64,000 bases of DNA from an uncultured virus (IMG/VR IMGVR_UViG_3300031993_000026) (IMGVR_UViG_3300031993_000026:1-64000); one strand, 5' to 3'. Positions 1 to 9,535 are shown, counted from the first letter of the stretch. The notes: a model not told the origin generated them from the letters alone. Numbers and translations are program-made.

Positions 1-2
1 TG

Positions 3-89
3 TTTATCGAGGCAGCAGAGCCGATGGACATTTTGATTCAGCGCGTAACTATCGTTAAATCAGGACAGATAGAGAGCAGTGGCTTCTAA
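3..89 (+). CDS. 3' end of a gene entering the window; probable tail sheath protein C-terminus
   Basis: Frame 3 reads FIEAAEPMDILIQRVTIVKSGQIESSGF* (TAA 87-89), resembling contractile tail-sheath C-termini; only 28 aa visible. Confidence 0.5.
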   Translation, partial: FIEAAEPMDILIQRVTIVKSGQIESSGF

Positions 90-146
90 TCTTCGGATTT
101 TTTTCATAACGATATGTAGCAAGATTTCTATAATTTTATTACCTTT

Positions 147-175
147 GCCCCGAATGAAAGTTCGGGGCTTTTTTT
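147..175 (+). terminator. Hairpin plus T-tract: intrinsic terminator, or possibly the left-end hairpin of the adjacent IS remnant
   Basis: gccccgaa-tgaaag-ttcggggc followed by tttttt. Confidence 0.6.
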
Positions 176-270
176 ACATAAAGTATCGTGAAAGATTCCT
201 CCATTTATGGTGGAATATGAAACGATACTTTAATTCATTTATAATATATTGGAAATATTAGAAATTTCAT

Positions 271-530
271 CTAACCTTGATTTTCTATGTAATGCTTTAA
301 TGTCTCTTCGCTTACATCGCCTACACTTGAACAGAAATAACCCCGTGTCCATAGGTGGTGCTTTCCGCTCCAGTACCATTTGCCCATATAGTCGAAATGC
401 TCCCGCCAAGCATAGTATGTCGATACCTGCTTTAACTTGTGTATAATCTCGAACGGTGTGCAAGTAGGCGTTGCCCGTATAAGAAAATGAATGTGGTCAC
501 ATTTCACTTTGTCAATCTCCATAACCTCGT
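271..530 (-). pseudogene. tnpA: 5'-truncated IS200/IS605 Y1 (HUH) transposase
   Basis: DHIHFL HUH motif, LWTRGYFCSSVG and YIENQG* C-terminus; the N-terminal part is replaced by omega-RNA-like sequence. Confidence 0.85.
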
Positions 531-531
531 A

Positions 532-658
532 GGTGTGGGACGCACCGATGTAAAGCGCGTGGAGATGCGGGCAATGATTGACAATGCAATCAGGTGTTGC
601 AATCAACCTGAATCAGTGAAGCGCGAAGCACCCGTTCTTTAGAACGGGGGTAGTTCAC
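532..658 (+). ncRNA. Orphan TnpB omega-RNA scaffold / IS605-type right end
   Basis: ggtgt-gggac-gcacc hairpin, cgcgtggag...gaagcgcg pairing, subterminal hairpin cccgttct-tt-agaacggg and terminal tagttcac; no tnpB ORF upstream. Confidence 0.7.
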
Positions 659-885
659 ATACAGGTATTCATTTTCTTCTTCACAGAGGATGAATAGTAA
701 AAATCAAGACTTTTGAATGATTTGATATTTATCTGATAATCAGCAAAATGAATGTACGGTATTTTAGCCGTTCTTCATTTTGCGTCATTTTAAGCCAGAA
801 TATGCTTGCTTATCCCCGATTGCTTGCGGTAACTTGTCGCAATGGCGGCTGCGTATATATTGCGGTTTCGGGGTTTTTTCTTATA

Positions 886-893
886 TATAAATA
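886..893 (+). promoter_or_regulatory. T4-like late promoter TATAAATA (representative copy)
   Basis: Exact TATAAATA just upstream of genes: + strand at 886, 2682, 5219, 10347, 10810, 12589, 20482, 22213, 29623, 33281, 35114, 45824, 47512, 52329, 53583, 54801, 62516, 63521; - strand at 27347, 28847, 29561. A gp55-like gene is present. Confidence 0.85.
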
Positions 894-912
894 ATGTATA
901 GTGTTTTAGGAT

Positions 913-2646
913 ATGGCTAAAAAACCGACAATAGACGGAAGGAAATATGTGCAGTTGACGGATAATGTCCTGCTCGAATACATATATGTATGCGACAGGT
1001 ATTCCGCAGGCGATGACGAAACCGCCACCGAAGACAACGGTAGCATAAATGACGACCTGATTGGCATTGATGCCAACGGGGAGTTTGTCGGCACATACGC
1101 GAAGTCGGAACACGAATCGTTGGGCACATACGGCTCGTGCCTTGCGGGTAACAAGTACACTGGGGAACTTTACTTCTGCAACACCGAGAACATAGAGGAA
1201 TGGACTAAAAATACGCTCTCCACTATGATACTCCCAGCCAACACTGGTCAGACAAAGTGGGTGGAGTGCAAGAAGAAGAACGGAAAATACTATACCGAGT
1301 ACGACAACTACTGGAGTTGGGGTACTGACGGGGACACCATACCGCACAGGCTTATCAGCGGGGACAGTGACATTAGGCTGACGGAGTTCGCCCACGACGA
1401 GTACATTGTCTATGACATAGTGAGGGTGTGGTTTCAGAGCGGATATGTGAGCGGGTATGACGGCTGGGTTCTCAACACATTCACGAAGGACAAGAAGAAC
1501 AGGTATGTCAACCTCGCCTGCAAGGTGCTTATGAACACGGACAGTCTGAAGGTCGCAAGCGACCCGCTGTGGTTCAACGACAGGCTCTACAACAACTACA
1601 TAGAGTGGAGGCAGCCTTCGGTTGCCCAGATGTCTATGGTCGGGTGGAGCGATTCAATCGTTGCCAGCGGGTGGGCGGAGAAGCCCACCGAGCACAGCGA
1701 GGGGCACGCATACGACAAGGGCAATCCGCCAGAGTACACCCTGCCGTGGTACTTGACGAGGGGGGACGGTTTCGGAAACAATCCGTATATCGGCTTTGAA
1801 CTCTTCGGTATCGGCGGCACATATACGGAGGACACATACGGATACCCCTGCCGAGTAACTTCACTGCTTACGAGCAGTATGATACCGAACAGGCAACTCA
1901 ACGACAACATAATTGCCCGTGTGGGCGAGGACACCGACAACGGCGACTACATCGAACTCTACGGGTACTACATAAAGGATAATGTCCAGAAGTACGAGCC
2001 TTTCAGCCTCTACGAGTGGCTTCGGGACTACGGTGCTGGCGAGTTTACATTCGTACACCAGATTGTAGTTACGGAGAACTGCGTGGATGTTACCGACAAC
2101 TCTGTTGTGTCATATACGCACACCCCGATTTCATACATACAGACTTGGGAGGAACTGACGGAACTTGACGAGAGGAACATAGACCCGCGCATACGCTTCC
2201 GCCCGATACTCGAACACACTGGGGAGATGCTCAACGACAACTGCGGTGCTACGGTAAGTTATGTCCTCCGAATTATGAACCACAGGGACAACACGAGCAT
2301 AATAAAGACGGCTTCGTACAGCATAATAGACCCGAAACGCTACGGGCTTCGCTTGAACAGCGTTGATGTGGAGGGAGTGAACAACCTTCATATCTACAAC
2401 AGGATAGAGGTCGTTGACGGCGTTCAGGTGAACGGCGGAAGCACGAACCCCATCGGGGAGGGCAACGCCTCAAGGGTTGTGGTCAACAAGTTCGTCACCT
2501 CATCGTTCATAGACAGGAGGAACATAAAGGTCAGCATATCGCCAGTCGGGATAGTGGACGACAAGACGCAGGCGAGCAGGGCGAGCGCAACGAGGTCTGG
2601 CAGTAACGATACTTCAAGGGTTGGCAACAGTTCAACGAAATCCTGA
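913..2646 (+). CDS. Hypothetical late protein (577 aa), probably virion-associated; last 8 codons supplied by the inserted TnpB element
   Basis: Long ORF after a late promoter; no recognised motif. Confidence 0.75.
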   Translation: MAKKPTIDGRKYVQLTDNVLLEYIYVCDRYSAGDDETATEDNGSINDDLIGIDANGEFVGTYAKSEHESLGTYGSCLAGNKYTGELYFCNTENIEEWTKNTLSTMILPANTGQTKWVECKKKNGKYYTEYDNYWSWGTDGDTIPHRLISGDSDIRLTEFAHDEYIVYDIVRVWFQSGYVSGYDGWVLNTFTKDKKNRYVNLACKVLMNTDSLKVASDPLWFNDRLYNNYIEWRQPSVAQMSMVGWSDSIVASGWAEKPTEHSEGHAYDKGNPPEYTLPWYLTRGDGFGNNPYIGFELFGIGGTYTEDTYGYPCRVTSLLTSSMIPNRQLNDNIIARVGEDTDNGDYIELYGYYIKDNVQKYEPFSLYEWLRDYGAGEFTFVHQIVVTENCVDVTDNSVVSYTHTPISYIQTWEELTELDERNIDPRIRFRPILEHTGEMLNDNCGATVSYVLRIMNHRDNTSIIKTASYSIIDPKRYGLRLNSVDVEGVNNLHIYNRIEVVDGVQVNGGSTNPIGEGNASRVVVNKFVTSSFIDRRNIKVSISPVGIVDDKTQASRASATRSGSNDTSRVGNSSTKS

Positions 2647-2691
2647 TAAAAACTATGAATAGTTATTAAAATCAGGCAACATATAAATAAT

Positions 2692-3936
2692 ATGATGTTA
2701 CGGGCGTTGAAGATACGGCTATATCCGAACGGGGAACAGCAGACCAAGATGAACAAGGTCTTGGGCTGCTATCGGTTTGTATATAACCAGTGCCTTGAAC
2801 GGAAGATAAGTGCATATAAGGACGAAGGTGCTTCGTTAGGTCTGACCGACCTGTCCAAGTGGTTTCACGGAACACTGCTCAAGGACGACAACTATATTTG
2901 GCTTCGTGAACAGAACACGAAGGTTATGAAACAGGCAATCCGACAGATGCTCACGGCATATACCAACTTCTTCAAGTTGCATAGGGGCTTTCCGAAGTTC
3001 AAGAGCAAGCACGACACAATCCTGTCTGCATTATTTCCATTGGAAGCCATATCGTCCCGTAATACATTCGACGATAGAAAGATAACATTAACTAAAGATT
3101 TAAGCAATATTCGTTTCAGGTGCTCCAAGTTATACCACAACAGGTTAAAGGCGTATAAGGGCAATATAAGAATCGCAACCCTGTCGAGAACCAAGACTGG
3201 CAAGTATTTTTTATTCGTCCTTATGGACATTCCAGACGATGAACTTATACGGTTCAGGAAGACTGGAAATGCCGTGGGCATAGACTTGGGCGTAAAGGAC
3301 TTTGTTATAACGAGCGACGGGGAAGTGTTTGAAAACAGGCACTTCTTCAATAGAACCGAGCACAGGATTAAGGTCTTGCAGAAACAACTGTGCAGGAAGG
3401 TCAAGGGTTCTAACAACCGTATGAAGCAAAGGATACGGCTTGCAACCGCCTATGAACGGCTGGCGAACCAGCGCGAAGCCTACATACACTATGTCGTTAA
3501 CTCGTTGCTGAAGGACTACGACACAATCTGTATGGAAGATTTGAATGTGCGCGGTATGCTCCGCAACCACAAACTTGCGAAGGCTATCGCCGAAGTTGGC
3601 TTGTACAGGTTCAGAACCGTATTGACCGACAAGGCTGTGCTAAACGGCAAGAGCGTAGTCTTTGTCGATAGGTTCTATCCTTCGTCGAAGACCTGTTCCG
3701 TATGCGGTTATGTAAAGAAGGACTTGACGCTCAAGGACAGGGAATGGACTTGTCCCGAATGCGGAACGCACCACGACCGAGATGTCAATGCCTCGGTAAA
3801 CATCCTGAACGAAGGGAAGAGAATAATAGGCAGCCGTACTGCCGAATACAAGCCTGTGGACTGCCCGACTATGGATGACCGTTCAGCAATGAACCTAAAA
3901 AGTAGTGGCAGGGCGAAGCAGGAAGGGGATGCCTAA
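2692..3936 (+). CDS. tnpB: RNA-guided endonuclease TnpB (414 aa)
   Basis: LKIRLYPN N-terminal HTH, RuvC motifs GIDLG / MEDL / DRDVNA, zinc finger CSVC...CPEC. Confidence 0.95.
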   Translation: MMLRALKIRLYPNGEQQTKMNKVLGCYRFVYNQCLERKISAYKDEGASLGLTDLSKWFHGTLLKDDNYIWLREQNTKVMKQAIRQMLTAYTNFFKLHRGFPKFKSKHDTILSALFPLEAISSRNTFDDRKITLTKDLSNIRFRCSKLYHNRLKAYKGNIRIATLSRTKTGKYFLFVLMDIPDDELIRFRKTGNAVGIDLGVKDFVITSDGEVFENRHFFNRTEHRIKVLQKQLCRKVKGSNNRMKQRIRLATAYERLANQREAYIHYVVNSLLKDYDTICMEDLNVRGMLRNHKLAKAIAEVGLYRFRTVLTDKAVLNGKSVVFVDRFYPSSKTCSVCGYVKKDLTLKDREWTCPECGTHHDRDVNASVNILNEGKRIIGSRTAEYKPVDCPTMDDRSAMNLKSSGRAKQEGDA

Positions 3937-3960
3937 CTTTTATTAGGTTTCTTCATACGG
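3829..3960 (+). ncRNA. omega-RNA scaffold of TnpB copy 1 (guide would begin near 3961)
   Basis: Nearly identical core in both copies; ggcag-ccgta-ctgcc hairpin whose loop pairs with terminal tacgg. Confidence 0.75.
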
Positions 3961-3977
3961 TAAGGAGATAGTTTGAT

Positions 3978-5216
3978 ATGGAAGATAGTAGCAACATATT
4001 GTTTTCACTCAATTATTCAGCCGTCATATCGTTCATTGTGAATGACGGGGAAAAAAAGAAGGCGGAAAGTCGTTTCAGCACGATGGGGCTTGAAGTCGCC
4101 GAAATGAAGGACGCTCGCAACAGGTATTCTGTTTCGGTAGAGCCTTGCGCATACGCACGCTTCAAGTTGCTCGTGGCGGACATCATAGGATATGTCCGCG
4201 AGCATTGCAGGGTTGACGGGAAGTGCAGGTTTGCCCTTACGATAGAGATGCCATCGGTGGAGGCTGGCAAGTTGGAGTTCGCCATAAACTACGGGCATAC
4301 GAAGGACGATGAAACCCAGACGCTCAACAATTATTTCGGGGCGATGCTCCCGAAGGTCGATATGGGCGAGTATGAGTTCGGCTGGGCTGGCGTGTCGCCA
4401 GCGACGCTCGGCAACGATACTGTCCTTACCAACAACAACATCGACCGCCTTGTATATCCGCAGTACGAGATTGATATGCGGGAGTACAATAACAGGAAGT
4501 TGACGCTTGTGTTCCCTTATGAAACGCAGTGGACTTCGATTTCTATGATTATCGACTACTTTGCGTCCTTTGCGACCGCCTGCGCTTCAAGGAAAATGGA
4601 TATGGGCGGACTGAAGGCTCTCAACGCATTGAAGGAGAAGTTCAACAGGATAAGTTCCGATTTTTCGAGTTATGCGACATTCCGCAGGGCATACGGGGAG
4701 AAGTTCGCCGTTTCGATTGATATGGACGAAGAGCCGACATACATAGAGGCTTTCTTCTCTATGATAAAGCCAGAACTTTTCAGGATATATAATTTGCTGT
4801 GCCAGTGCAAGCCGAACGGGAGGAAGCGCATACACATCAACTACGATTCTGACGAGAGCCGCTGGCAGGTGAACTCCCTGAAGTCTGGTAAATACGGCAT
4901 AGGCGATGTTCGCAACCTTGACATTGTAAATGCCGAACTGCAATTTTCAAACTTCTACGGGTGCAACCTAATGAACTGCAAGATAAGCGACTGCAACATA
5001 CACGACGGTTCTCTCATAGGGACTTGCGAGATTTCCGACTGCACAATCAGCGGTTGCTACTTCGGGCAGGACACTACCGCGAAGGAGTGCCACATAGAGG
5101 CTAACAACACTATGGACGGAAAGGTGGAGAAGTCGGTCATCGGGGACAACAACTCATATACCGACAAGGCGGTGATTGACACGGAGAGCAGGAACAGGAA
5201 CAACCGAAAAACATAA
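3978..5216 (+). CDS. Hypothetical protein with C-terminal beta-helix/pentapeptide-like repeats
   Basis: 412-aa ORF with an aggag RBS; C-terminal NCKISDCNI / CEISDCTISGC periodicity. Confidence 0.7.
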   Translation: MEDSSNILFSLNYSAVISFIVNDGEKKKAESRFSTMGLEVAEMKDARNRYSVSVEPCAYARFKLLVADIIGYVREHCRVDGKCRFALTIEMPSVEAGKLEFAINYGHTKDDETQTLNNYFGAMLPKVDMGEYEFGWAGVSPATLGNDTVLTNNNIDRLVYPQYEIDMREYNNRKLTLVFPYETQWTSISMIIDYFASFATACASRKMDMGGLKALNALKEKFNRISSDFSSYATFRRAYGEKFAVSIDMDEEPTYIEAFFSMIKPELFRIYNLLCQCKPNGRKRIHINYDSDESRWQVNSLKSGKYGIGDVRNLDIVNAELQFSNFYGCNLMNCKISDCNIHDGSLIGTCEISDCTISGCYFGQDTTAKECHIEANNTMDGKVEKSVIGDNNSYTDKAVIDTESRNRNNRKT

Positions 5217-5249
5217 AATATAAATATTATATAATACATATATTTCACA

Positions 5250-7310
5250 ATGAAGAAGAACAAACAGTTGATGATACTTGAGCGCACCGAGTCCCTGCTT
5301 ACCGAATGCGCGGGAAGCGGACAGGATGGCGTTATTCGTCTTTCTGGTGTGTTTACGAAGTTCAATGTGCTTAACGGCAACAACCGCATATATACCCCCG
5401 AAGGCTTCCTACCGAAGTTGCAGGAACTTATGCCCGCAATCGCTTCGGGTGCATTGCTTGGCGAACTCGACCACCCGAAGACCTTTGATGTAAGTTTGCA
5501 GAACGCAAGCCACGTCATAGAGAAGGTCGAGTATGACGAGGCTAACCAGCAGGTCATCGGAACGATAAGGCTGCTCAATACCGACGCTGGTCGTCAGGCG
5601 CAGGCACTTGTCCGCGACGGTATTCCGTTGCACATATCTTCCCGTGCGGCTGGAAATGTTGACCCCGCCACCAACAAGGTTACGCTCGACAAGTTGTTTA
5701 CATACGACTTGGTGGCGACCCCGGGCTTCTCCGAAGCGGTACTCCACCGTGTAAACGAGTCATACGGGTTCTCGAACTCTGGGAACATTGCCATCTATGA
5801 GATGGACGAAATTAACGAAGCAGGAAATAACAAAGAATATAATAATACCATTATGAGTAATAGCACGGATAATCACGTCACGACAAAGGATTTCCAGAAG
5901 TACACCGAATATATCGGCGGAGTTGTCGGTCAGTTGAGGGAATCCCTTGAGAATGTAAAGGCTGAATTGAAGAGAGGTTCGAGCGCACTTCCAGAAAGTC
6001 TCGAAGGCTATCTCGACCACCTCGCAGAAGGCATCAACAAGACACAGGAGCACAGCGACTACCTCGCGGAGCAGTTGGAAAAGACCATCAACAGGGGTGG
6101 CAGTTCAAGTGCGCTCGAAGAGAAGGTCAACGCCCTCATCAAGCACAACAACTACCTCGCGGAACAGTTGGAAAAGACCATCAGGTACAGCGAGTATGTG
6201 GCGGAAAACCTCAACAACACGCAGAAGCACAGCGACTACCTCGCGGAGCAGTTGGAAAAGACCGCCAACCACAGCGACTACCTCGCGGAGCAACTTGAAA
6301 AGACCGCCAACCACAGCGACTATCTCGCGGAGCAGTTGGAAAAGGGCATAGGCTATACCGAATATGTTGCCGAGAGTCTTGACAACTCGGTTAAGCACAA
6401 CGATTATCTCGTTGACAACCTCAACGCGATGTGCAAGCACAGCGACTATGTTGTGGAAAATATGAACAAGATGTGCGAGCATCAGGACTACCTCGCGGAG
6501 AAGTTGGAGCAGAACTTCGCACACAACGACTACCTCGCGGAGAAACTCGGACAGAACTTCGCACACAACGACTATCTTGCGGAGGAACTCAACAAGTCCA
6601 ACGCATACAGCGCATATATCGCTGAAAGCCTTGACAAGACCTGCCAGCACAACGACTACCTCGCAGAGCAGTTGGAGGCAACGGCAAACCACGGTGACTA
6701 CCTCGCGGAGCAGTTGGAGAACGGCATCAACGGCAAGGCAATCAACGAAGGCTGGTCGGAACGCCGTCCTTCTATGATAATCGAGGGCAAGACCAACGAG
6801 TCGTACAAGGCTAACCTTGACGCTAAACTCGATGCCCTTATCTCGAAGGTCAACACCACCGTAAAGGAAACCAACTTTATGGACTTCCTTTCGGAGAACA
6901 GGCAGAAGGAGTTCTACTCGCTTGACGATGAAACAAGGGGTATGATTACCGAAGCGATGAAGGGTGTAAAGAACGCTGAACAGGCTGCTACCGTATGGCG
7001 CAGGGTATATGAAAGCAAGAAGGGGCTTGACATCGTTGAGAATATGCCTGAACAGTTCAGGGCTAAATGGGAAGCATTGAGCGACCAGCGCAAGGGCGAA
7101 TTGCTCGAAGAGGCGAAGTTCTACAAACTCAACAGTGCGAACGAAATCGCTTATTTCTGGCAGACACGCGATATGCGTGAGACCAAGCAGATTGTTGAAC
7201 GCCTTGACACCGACAGTGCGCGTATGTGGAACACCGAAGCCAATATGAAGGAGCAGAACGACTACATCGGCAGCATTATGGGTCAGGTAAAACGCAGAAT
7301 GGGGTGCTAA
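5250..7310 (+). CDS. Prohead protease (T4 gp21-like) fused to a repetitive scaffold-like domain
   Basis: NGNNRIY, LGELDHP (His), ISSRAAG (Ser) and TYDLVATPGF motifs of gp21 family; C-terminal 14-aa helical repeats; late promoter at 5219. Confidence 0.9.
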   Translation: MKKNKQLMILERTESLLTECAGSGQDGVIRLSGVFTKFNVLNGNNRIYTPEGFLPKLQELMPAIASGALLGELDHPKTFDVSLQNASHVIEKVEYDEANQQVIGTIRLLNTDAGRQAQALVRDGIPLHISSRAAGNVDPATNKVTLDKLFTYDLVATPGFSEAVLHRVNESYGFSNSGNIAIYEMDEINEAGNNKEYNNTIMSNSTDNHVTTKDFQKYTEYIGGVVGQLRESLENVKAELKRGSSALPESLEGYLDHLAEGINKTQEHSDYLAEQLEKTINRGGSSSALEEKVNALIKHNNYLAEQLEKTIRYSEYVAENLNNTQKHSDYLAEQLEKTANHSDYLAEQLEKTANHSDYLAEQLEKGIGYTEYVAESLDNSVKHNDYLVDNLNAMCKHSDYVVENMNKMCEHQDYLAEKLEQNFAHNDYLAEKLGQNFAHNDYLAEELNKSNAYSAYIAESLDKTCQHNDYLAEQLEATANHGDYLAEQLENGINGKAINEGWSERRPSMIIEGKTNESYKANLDAKLDALISKVNTTVKETNFMDFLSENRQKEFYSLDDETRGMITEAMKGVKNAEQAATVWRRVYESKKGLDIVENMPEQFRAKWEALSDQRKGELLEEAKFYKLNSANEIAYFWQTRDMRETKQIVERLDTDSARMWNTEANMKEQNDYIGSIMGQVKRRMGC
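6009..6731 (+). repeat. About 16 coding repeats of 42 bp / 14 aa (H-[SN]-D-Y-L-A-E-Q-L-E-K-T-x-N)
   Basis: cacagcgactacctcgcggagcagttggaaaagacc recurs with variation. Confidence 0.9.
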
Positions 7311-7348
7311 CGCACTCCGTTCCAAATGCGGATTTAATAATAGATTTT

Positions 7349-8104
7349 ATGACTACTATGTATTACAGGACTGTAAACGAGGGGCTTGACTGGAAAGTTG
7401 AGGATTGCGAGGAACTTCTGGCGAATGTTGACGACAACTATGCGAAGGAGGTCGAGCGTTTTATGAACAGGGAAGGCGTAACAAGCATCCGCTGGATAAA
7501 GCCAGAGGGCGTGGGTGCGCTTACCGATGAAATCCGCGACCACAGGCTTGACTGCGCTTCCGTTCTCTGTGATATTCTCAACTGCACGGAGAGGGGCGTA
7601 TATTACAGGAGGCTTCTCGGAGAGCAGATAAAGGACAGCAGGGGCTATGTGACAAGGGGGCTTGCCACGGAACTGTATGCTGCGATACTCGACTACATCA
7701 AGTGGAACAACTTTATGGGCGAGGCGCAGGGCGTTGTTCTGACCACACCGTTGTCGGAGGCGTTAGACCCAGACCGTTACTATGAGTTCAAGGACAACGA
7801 CAAGTTGGGCTTCAGGGGTAAGGTATATGTTCCTGAAACATTCAGCGATGCGTTTACAATGCAGTTTGAGAAGATAACGGACAAGCAACTTTACTACTCT
7901 ATGCTGGCGATGGGCTATCCTAAATGGACGATACCGTACAACGGCAAAGGGGAGGCTACGAAGGAGCAGAGAGAAGTGATGCTTATGGTCATCTACAACT
8001 ATCTTTCCACGCTTATCGCTTCAAGGGGCAAAACCAAGAACGAAATGCCAGAACCTGAACAGCAGGTAAGGTTTCGGAATCCAAACTTCAAGGTTTATAA
8101 CTAA
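7349..8104 (+). CDS. Hypothetical protein
   Basis: ORF 7226-8104 with probable ATG at 7349 (MTTMYYRTVNEG). Confidence 0.7.
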   Translation: MTTMYYRTVNEGLDWKVEDCEELLANVDDNYAKEVERFMNREGVTSIRWIKPEGVGALTDEIRDHRLDCASVLCDILNCTERGVYYRRLLGEQIKDSRGYVTRGLATELYAAILDYIKWNNFMGEAQGVVLTTPLSEALDPDRYYEFKDNDKLGFRGKVYVPETFSDAFTMQFEKITDKQLYYSMLAMGYPKWTIPYNGKGEATKEQREVMLMVIYNYLSTLIASRGKTKNEMPEPEQQVRFRNPNFKVYN

Positions 8105-8122
8105 TAATAAAAGGACAGGACT

Positions 8123-9535
8123 ATGCGGTCATTCAGCATAAACAGGAATTTTGCACGGAGCATAAACGAGAGCAAGAAGGTTGAGAAACTCACCCTTGTC
8201 CTCTTATCTACCAACGAGAACAGCACATTCAGCAAGATGCTTCAGGACAAGTGCGCAGGCAACGGGTTCGACTTCATATTCGCAGACCCGACCAACTGCA
8301 CGCTTCGCCGTGCCGATGACGACAGGTTCGAGTTGAGCACCAACGGGAGCATCTATACGCTCGTGCGCAACAACACGGTTGTAATGCCCCGTCTGACCGT
8401 CCTGAAGAACAGCCAGACGAAGAACGCATTGCGCGAGTTCGAGTATTATGACTTCTTCGTGGTGAACAACCTCGAAAGTTTCGAGAACTGCGAGGACAAG
8501 TACACGACATACAAGGTGCTGTGTGCCGAGAGCCTTGCCACTCCGAGAACTACGGTCGTCAATGCCGACAATATGGACAGGCTTCAGAAGAAGGTTGACT
8601 TCATCGGAGGTCAGTTTCCGATAGTCTGCAAGTTGCTTAACGGGAAGAAAGGCGTGGGAGTGTTTATCATTGACAGTTTTATGTCTTTGAAAAGCACCCT
8701 TGAAGCCATATTCAAACTTTCGCCAGAGAGCGAGATACTTATGCAGAACAAGATTGACAGCGACTACGATTTGCGTATCCACGTCTTCAACAAGTCGTAC
8801 AACCGCATTTCGAGAAACCTTGATGACTATGAAGTCATAGGCGTAATGAGGAGAAACAAGGTTACGGGAGACTTCCGTACCAATTTCTCGCTCGGCGGGA
8901 CGATAGAGAAGTTCACCCTTGCACCAGAGCAGGAGGAACTCGCGAAGAAGACCGCTATGGCTGTGAAGTGCCGTTGGTGCGGTGTTGATATGATTGAGGA
9001 CAGGGCGACTGGCGAGAACTATATCATAGAAGTAAACGCATCTCCGGGCGTGAAGGGAATATCGAGCGTGAGCGAACACTTGCCACTCGACTATATCTTC
9101 AACTACTTCAAGCAGTTCAGGGCGGTCAACAACAACACCACCGTAATCGGCAAGGTTGAGACAGCCAAGTTGACATTTGAAAACGGGGAATACGAGGGTG
9201 ATGTCTGCTTCGACATCCAGTCCGATGTGAACTCAATCTATGCTTCCGATGTAAGTTATTCGGAACGCGAGAACACGATAACATTCAACTTCGGCGGAGG
9301 TATGTGCGTGGCGAAGGTAATCGCCTCTATGGTTGACAGGGACAAGCGCAAGTGCTATCTCGTCAATGCCGATGTCGAGTTCAACGACAGGCGTTACCGC
9401 AACAGCCTTTTCAATGTGTACGAGAACGATGAGGAGAAGGTGTGTATGTCGTCCCAGTTCATATCATTGCTGGGCAACTGCGTGAGCATAGACCCGCAGA
9501 ACGACTATCTTGTTACCGACAAGGTGATATTGTAG
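8123..9535 (+). CDS. RimK-like ATP-grasp ligase with C-terminal retropepsin-like domain
   Basis: CEDKY, FPIVCK..GKKGVGV, DLRIHV, DFRTNFSLGG, WCGVD and EVNASPG motifs; C-terminal VIGKVE...FD region. Confidence 0.85.
   Translation: MRSFSINRNFARSINESKKVEKLTLVLLSTNENSTFSKMLQDKCAGNGFDFIFADPTNCTLRRADDDRFELSTNGSIYTLVRNNTVVMPRLTVLKNSQTKNALREFEYYDFFVVNNLESFENCEDKYTTYKVLCAESLATPRTTVVNADNMDRLQKKVDFIGGQFPIVCKLLNGKKGVGVFIIDSFMSLKSTLEAIFKLSPESEILMQNKIDSDYDLRIHVFNKSYNRISRNLDDYEVIGVMRRNKVTGDFRTNFSLGGTIEKFTLAPEQEELAKKTAMAVKCRWCGVDMIEDRATGENYIIEVNASPGVKGISSVSEHLPLDYIFNYFKQFRAVNNNTTVIGKVETAKLTFENGEYEGDVCFDIQSDVNSIYASDVSYSERENTITFNFGGGMCVAKVIASMVDRDKRKCYLVNADVEFNDRRYRNSLFNVYENDEEKVCMSSQFISLLGNCVSIDPQNDYLVTDKVIL

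Larger units (their letters stand above)
2620..3960 (+). mobile_element. Non-autonomous TnpB-only element, copy 1 (IS605/IS607 superfamily)
   Basis: Left end gttggcaacagttcaa... and right end ...catacg(g) are shared with copy 2; flanked by GG at both junctions. Confidence 0.85.

Noticed and set aside
531..606. N-terminus of the predicted 111-aa TnpA ORF
   Set aside because: These codons are the antisense of the omega-RNA scaffold, not transposase sequence
659..680. In-window targets for the omega-RNA guides
   Set aside because: Only ~10-nt matches seen (acaggtattc near 995 and 4120), which is chance level; a computational search would be needed to exclude others
2620..2691. IStron (intron-containing TnpB element)
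   Set aside because: The left end is only about 70 bp before tnpB, with no group I intron structure visible
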